Below are positions 38,601 to 44,022 of a stretch of 44,022 nt of DNA, piece by piece. The stretch is taken from positions 1 to 44,022 of the forward strand of contig JAAOMT010000198.1 of assembly GCA_016748015.1 (NCBI GenBank), in the 5' to 3' direction. Made by a program: the position numbers and the translations under genes. A model generated the notes under the pieces. It was given only the letters and a program-made list of their open reading frames with translations, was not told the DNA's origin and made no database searches. The stretch is from Geosiphon pyriformis uo1 (lineage: Eukaryota; Fungi; Glomeromycota). The first letter of the stretch is position 1. Each line of letters begins with the position of its first letter.

Positions 38601-39037
38601 GAAAAATCATGAGCTGCGTCTATTATAGAATGTTTTTAGTTTTATGTCTGTAGATAGCGGTTGAGCCACACTTCATTAAGCAATAATAATAATAATAATA
38701 ATAAATTATTTAAACTTATTTTTTATGTAATATTTTTAAGCTATCATATTTATTATCAAGATATTTTCTATGAAAAAAAAGAAGATTTTGTTTGTTTGTA
38801 ATGTACGTAGTTGAACCTTCCTATTTATAATTTCTTCATTTACAATTGGTCTTCTATTTAAAATCTTAATTGATTATTCCGTCATAATTGCTTTTGATCA
38901 AAATAAAGAATTTGGGAACATCGAGTTTTCTCGTACTAATCAATGAATTCAGACGTTTCTAATTATTATATTTCCCAAAACTTGCATGCTCCATTATCTG
39001 CATCTAGCTTATTTGTGACTGGTGAATTCATTAATAG

Positions 39038-39507
39038 TAGAGATGTTAATCGGTCCATCCGGTCCGGTCCGGTCCAGTCAAAGGACCGTCAGTCCCAAGC
39101 AGGAACGTACCGAGATCCTTTTGGATGATCCGAATATATCACGTGTTTATGACGTGTTTAAAAAATTACGATTTAATTATTCACGTATTCTACTGTGCTG
39201 CTTGCCGTTAATGAGCTAGAGAGAATATTGGCATTATATTTTGAAAAAATGGTATGTTCGAAATTCATAACTAATTCTTTTTGTCACGTATAAAAGAAAG
39301 TCGTGTTTGTGTCGTGTCATGATCGTTTTATAGTATGTCGCTGAACGTTAATCTTTGTATTACTAAATAATAAGGTGGGACGAACCTATAGAATCGTCTG
39401 TTTTATCACATGACTAAAATTACTGCGGGACTGATGGTCCTAAAATTAGGACCGGACCGGGATCATCCTGCTAAAGGATCATCCTTAAGGACCGATTAAC
39501 ATCCCTA
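39038..39507. mobile_element. hAT-superfamily non-autonomous element (MITE), 470 bp
   Basis: 19-bp TIRs tagagatgttaatcggtcc / ggaccgattaacatcccta (18/19 match). Perfect 8-bp TSD attaatag at 39030-39037 and 39508-39515. Subterminal (CGGTC)n repeats and inverted ggaccgtcagtccc / gggactgatggtcc. Confidence 0.95.
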
Positions 39508-39710
39508 ATTAATAGCTCTAATCTGAGATGGGTACACTATTTAGACAAAAAGATTTTTATTTACTTTGGATATATATTTACATGGATACTATAATAAAAC
39601 TAGGTTGATTCTGAAAACAGGGAAAACTATCTTACATTGCTCAGTATTGGTAAATGTTCCGTTGGATGAATGATACAATTTTTTCAACGTATCAAAAACT
39701 TTTTCTTGAA

Positions 39711-41531
39711 TTAATTGGATGGATCTGAAATTGTTTCTTCTTTTCCGGATTCAGTTTTATGATGGGAGGTGATGAACAAACCAATTATGGTAGCAATACA
39801 AGAGGAAATCATTGCCATGAAAAAAACTTTATTCAATGCTTCTGTATAAGCCTCAAGATCTTTGTCACTCTCACTCTGGGATTTATAAATATTAAATGAT
39901 TCATTCTCATGCGATATGGCCAATTCTCTTGAATTCATCTCAAAATTGTACACAGCTCCAGCGATAACAATCCCAAGACTACTACCTATTGTTCGGAAAA
40001 GCACAATTACTGAAGTAATCAATGGAATGTCCTTTGAGTTAATAGCAGCATTATGAGCTGTTATAAGAGAGGTTTGTAACGAACATCCGAGCCCAGCTCC
40101 AGCAAGAAATTGAAATCCGAATATAGCTGCTGTACTTGAATGTTGGTTAAATCTAGAGAATGAATCGGCTGCGAAGGCAATCATGGCAAACCCAATAGTA
40201 GCCATCCAGGGTCGAAAATAAGGAGTTCTTGATGTTGTAAATCCTATAAGGGAGAGAGGAATGTATCCAAGTAATAATGGATAAATCTGTAATCCGGCTC
40301 TCATAATACTGTACCCTTTCACAAATTCAAAGTAAATTGGCAAGTAAAATATAAAAACAATTAAGTTTAAACCTAATAAAAGGTTGAAGATGAAAATAAC
40401 GAGATAATTTCGGATTTTAAATAAATGTAAAGGGATAATTGGTTCACTTGCAAAAAATGATTCGACCAGAATGAATCCCAAAAGTAAAACTACACCAGTG
40501 CAAAATAGCATAATTACAAAAACAGAGTCCCATTCGTATTTATTTCCACCCCAAATAAGAGGAAAGACAATCGCTAGTATCCCCAAAAATAATATGGTGA
40601 TACCCAAAAAATCAATGTTTTTTAATTTACCACTGACCGAATCTTGAATTTTCGAAAGATACCAAAGAACAAAGATAAGAGAAATGGTCAAGCTGCCAAT
40701 CAAAATGTTTAAGTAAAATTCCCATCTCCATGATGTGTATTCGAGAAATATTCCACCAATAAATGGACCAATAACTGTGCCAAGAACATAAACATCTTGA
40801 ATTAAACCATGATATTTGCCATGAGATTGAACTGGAACAATATCTGATGTGATCAGTATATACAAAGAAAGGATTCCACCGCTTCCAAATCCAGATATAC
40901 CACGACTCAAAATTAGCATTTGCGTATTCTGTGAAGCGCCACATAAACTGGATCCAATTAGAAATATCAACATGGCTAAAAGAAACATAGATTTTCGTCC
41001 AAGTATAGCTGAAATCTTTTCAAAAAGCGGTTGGGATGCTACTGACATTAGCAAGTATATGGTGTTAATCCAGATCAAGTTTGATGATGAATTAGAAAAT
41101 AAATTTTTTCTTGAAATAGAGGTAGCAAGTATTGTTTGATCCAGAGAAACGACAAATATTGCAAGCGAGAGCGAGCAAAAGCCAATGATTCGTGATGAAA
41201 TTGGCAGTTTTGTTTTAGGGTCACATTGAAATTCTTCGTATTGGTTTCCTATTTGAGTATCAGATAAACTTGGCTCCATGACTTCTACCGTTTCTTCTAT
41301 ATCATTACTTAATGTTAAAGTGAGATAATTGGGTTCTTGGGTGATTGTCAAATCGCTATCTGAATCATTCCAACGTTCGTTGTTGTTGATGTTGATCGTT
41401 GTGAACTGCGATGATAGTCTTGGAATTGTGTGATGTTTTCCTGTAGAATGTAAATCAGAAGGGTCTAAATCCGTATTGGAACTCTGAAAATTCTCGCTCT
41501 CAATAGATTTTACTAAAGTATGAGCTGCCAT
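39711..41531 (-). CDS. MFS transporter, DHA2 (14-TMS drug:H+ antiporter)-type, 606 aa, intronless
   Basis: Motif D1-like FVVSLDQTILATS; motif A-like KISAILGRKS; LILSRGISGFGSGG; motif C GTVIGPFIGG; SWRWEFYLN; ASEPIIPLHLFK; FRTIGSSLG. Confidence 0.95.
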   Translation of the reverse strand: MAAHTLVKSIESENFQSSNTDLDPSDLHSTGKHHTIPRLSSQFTTININNNERWNDSDSDLTITQEPNYLTLTLSNDIEETVEVMEPSLSDTQIGNQYEEFQCDPKTKLPISSRIIGFCSLSLAIFVVSLDQTILATSISRKNLFSNSSSNLIWINTIYLLMSVASQPLFEKISAILGRKSMFLLAMLIFLIGSSLCGASQNTQMLILSRGISGFGSGGILSLYILITSDIVPVQSHGKYHGLIQDVYVLGTVIGPFIGGIFLEYTSWRWEFYLNILIGSLTISLIFVLWYLSKIQDSVSGKLKNIDFLGITILFLGILAIVFPLIWGGNKYEWDSVFVIMLFCTGVVLLLGFILVESFFASEPIIPLHLFKIRNYLVIFIFNLLLGLNLIVFIFYLPIYFEFVKGYSIMRAGLQIYPLLLGYIPLSLIGFTTSRTPYFRPWMATIGFAMIAFAADSFSRFNQHSSTAAIFGFQFLAGAGLGCSLQTSLITAHNAAINSKDIPLITSVIVLFRTIGSSLGIVIAGAVYNFEMNSRELAISHENESFNIYKSQSESDKDLEAYTEALNKVFFMAMISSCIATIIGLFITSHHKTESGKEETISDPSN

Positions 41532-43294
41532 TTTAGACGTTTAATATTTAAAATAAGATTTGAGGTAATTTTTTAGGTTTTAAAACGGAGTTTTTCTCGG
41601 TGGTTTACGAGAAGATTTCGAAACCGAGGTCTTCTCGGTGATCTCTCAGGAAATTTCCAATGTCTGAAAGTAGAGGAATTTATAATTTTTCAGATATTTA
41701 TCGATCACATTATTTCAAAAAAAATTTCCTTAAATAAAAACGGAAAACACGAAAGCGGGCCAATTAAAATCTTCTTTACCATTGAGAAAAAATTCTTTTT
41801 GAGCTAACAAGCATTTATACGAATATATATATTATTCTTTTTTAACCGGTAAGCTTAAATGTAATAGCTATGTAATGTTGTTTAAAAGCTACTTTAAAAC
41901 TCTTTCAAAATTTTTCCTCAATAATTAGGATGCATCTTTTTCCAAATAATACTCTTTACGATTTCTTTTTGTATTTTTAGAATTTGCACTTTTTCTTGGC
42001 AAAAAAGTTTGAAATCGATTTCTCCGATATTTAATTAATTGCTGAAAATGGTTAAAGTCTATTATGTTCCCAAAAATTCTCTAAGTAGTTTAAAAACTTT
42101 TATTTGTCATTTAGAAAAAATGTATTGATTGAAGAAGCTACGAGAGATTTGAACTTTGACCTTTCCTATGACTAAGAATATTTATCATTTTTGCTCTTCT
42201 TTATGGCATAGCACATAAAAAAGATACATTTTAACGATGTGATAAATGTAACAGTCAAATTTCTACCTATATATTATCAGGATCAATACAAAGCGGTTAG
42301 AAATTATTACCAGAGGAAAAATCCACAGTATGTTTTTGGTTGTCCCCTAATAAAAAATAGCATTTTGATTGTCATCATCATGTAATTTGTTTTTTTTTTG
42401 CGGATCACAATCATCTGACTTTATTCTTAGGTTTTTATTTTCAATCAATCAAGAGAATTTTTTTTATAAGAAAAATGTTTTTTCAATGTTTTAGAATTTA
42501 ATAATAATAATAATAATAATAATAATTAATAATTGTTTCCTTTAAAGCAAAATAAGCCATTATCTGTTTTTAGTTTTAGTTCATTCTATGCAAAAATTAT
42601 TTTTTGTAATGGCCTAACTTTATATTTCAAAATAATTGGCAACGGGATACAGTATATTTTTTCTTTAAAAAAGCCTAGATAAGTCAAAAAAAATAAAAAT
42701 ATTTTGGATTGATTGTAGAAGAAAATATTATTTAATGCAATATATTTGATTTCCTTCACTAAATTTCAATCTGTCAGATAAAATAAATTTTCATTTAAAT
42801 GCCAAAAGTTATTATTATTATTATTATTATTAGAGAAAGCAAGTATAAAAACTGATAACAAAAAAAACACACAATTTAATATTAAAATGTATATTTCGAT
42901 AAAAACATATCATCATCAAGTAAACAAAAAAGCTTGATTTAAATTTTATATATTACAATGATATTTTCTAAACTCTCAAAACTGTTTTTTATAAATAATA
43001 TTTTTCATTTTAAAGCAAACTAGGATGCAAATAGGTTTTTAAAATTACAAAGATTATCGGTGCTTTTCCTTTTTTGGAAAACTTAATAGCGTCTCAAAAA
43101 ATAGTAATTTTTTAGCTCTTATTGAGTGCACAAAAGCAATAGAAATAACTTTTTAATCTCTAGAAAGTCGGTCGATCGATCAAAAAATTTGGGTATCCGA
43201 TTCAATAATTTATTTATAAATTACAGTTAGTGCCAAAGAATAAACAAAAAAATTTCTGTCGAGAAAAGAAACATTCAAATTTTCACTATGCTTG

Positions 43295-43680
43295 TTACTG
43301 AATGGCATCAGTGTTAACCAATTTTTTTCTATCATTGACATCATCATGTAAATAATGATCGTACACGGCATTGGCACCCCAAAATAAAACTTTGTTTCGT
43401 GTGAACTTATAAGGATTCATAATTTGGAAAACGCTCTCAGTTGGCCCAGAGTAATTCTCCGAGTTGATCAGGAGCAATTGCATACTGACGATTTTTCATG
43501 CAATTTCGAAATAGAAATTTCAGGTCAAGTAGCTGTCGTATTTCATAATTTTTCCCTTTCCCTGAATTTCTGTGCATCGTTAATAAGTCTTAGATAAATA
43601 AATCTTACACAAAAAATATCTTCTATCGCTATAAACTTTGCAAAAATCTCCGCTAACTCCTTTTCAAAATACGGGATTTT
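43295..43680 (-). pseudogene. Possible coding remnant of unknown family
   Basis: GC-richer patch with two overlapping open stretches (~80 codons KIPYFEKELAEIFAKF...GELLWAN*, and ORF 43295-43483). No recognisable motif or gene model. Confidence 0.25.
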
Positions 43681-44022
43681 TTATTTAACAATAGTTACCC
43701 AATTTATATGGTGCTATGTCTACTAATCAATTTAAATATTGTTATGGTGTTATCGCTATTCAAATAGAAATCAAATTATTTACATATATCTTTTCAATTT
43801 TTCTAAAGAGATACATTAATATTAGGTATTATAGATTTTAAAAATAGTAATCAAATTATGTCGTTTTTAGATAGTTTAATTGAGTGAGAAAAATCAGAGA
43901 TTCTTATTATTTGCATTAGATAAAATTTGTCAAAAATTAAATTATCATTCTATCGTTTTTCATCGTTTAATAATTTTGGGAACAAAACCAAAGTAGCCGT
44001 GTATGCAAAACCTGCACGTTTC

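Noticed and set aside
38943-39219. Two short + ORFs
   Set aside because: They span the MITE terminus; open because of GC-rich subterminal repeats.
40627-41139. ORFs 40627-40944(-) and 40849-41139(+)
   Set aside because: Alternative frames inside the MFS gene.

Overview
Very AT-rich eukaryotic DNA with short GT-AG introns (54-95 nt). The gene families present (lipase class 3 cluster, kelch-TM protein, BTB-BACK protein, DHA2 MFS) suggest an early-diverging fungus, probably Glomeromycotina/Geosiphon-like; this assignment is inference. I could build by hand five intact spliced genes: a small secreted protein (-), a BTB/BACK protein with an EQKP-repeat tail, a kelch-propeller single-pass membrane protein and two tandem lipase-class-3 genes. 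There is also an intronless 14-TMS MFS transporter (-) and a small secreted peptide gene. Further elements are a third, broken lipase paralog, two inverted paralogous pseudogene blocks about 24 kb apart, a young hAT-type MITE with a perfect 8-bp TSD, an old Tc1/mariner-type MITE, and long repeat-derived tracts eroded by C->T/G->A. The top observation is that both intact lipase-3 genes have Gly in place of the catalytic Ser (TGFGVGG, TGFGHGG) while keeping the Asp, His and Cys framework, so they look like maintained pseudo-lipases. The second is CAA<->TAA decay of reading frames in repeats, a RIP-like CpA signature. All translations and alignments were done by eye.
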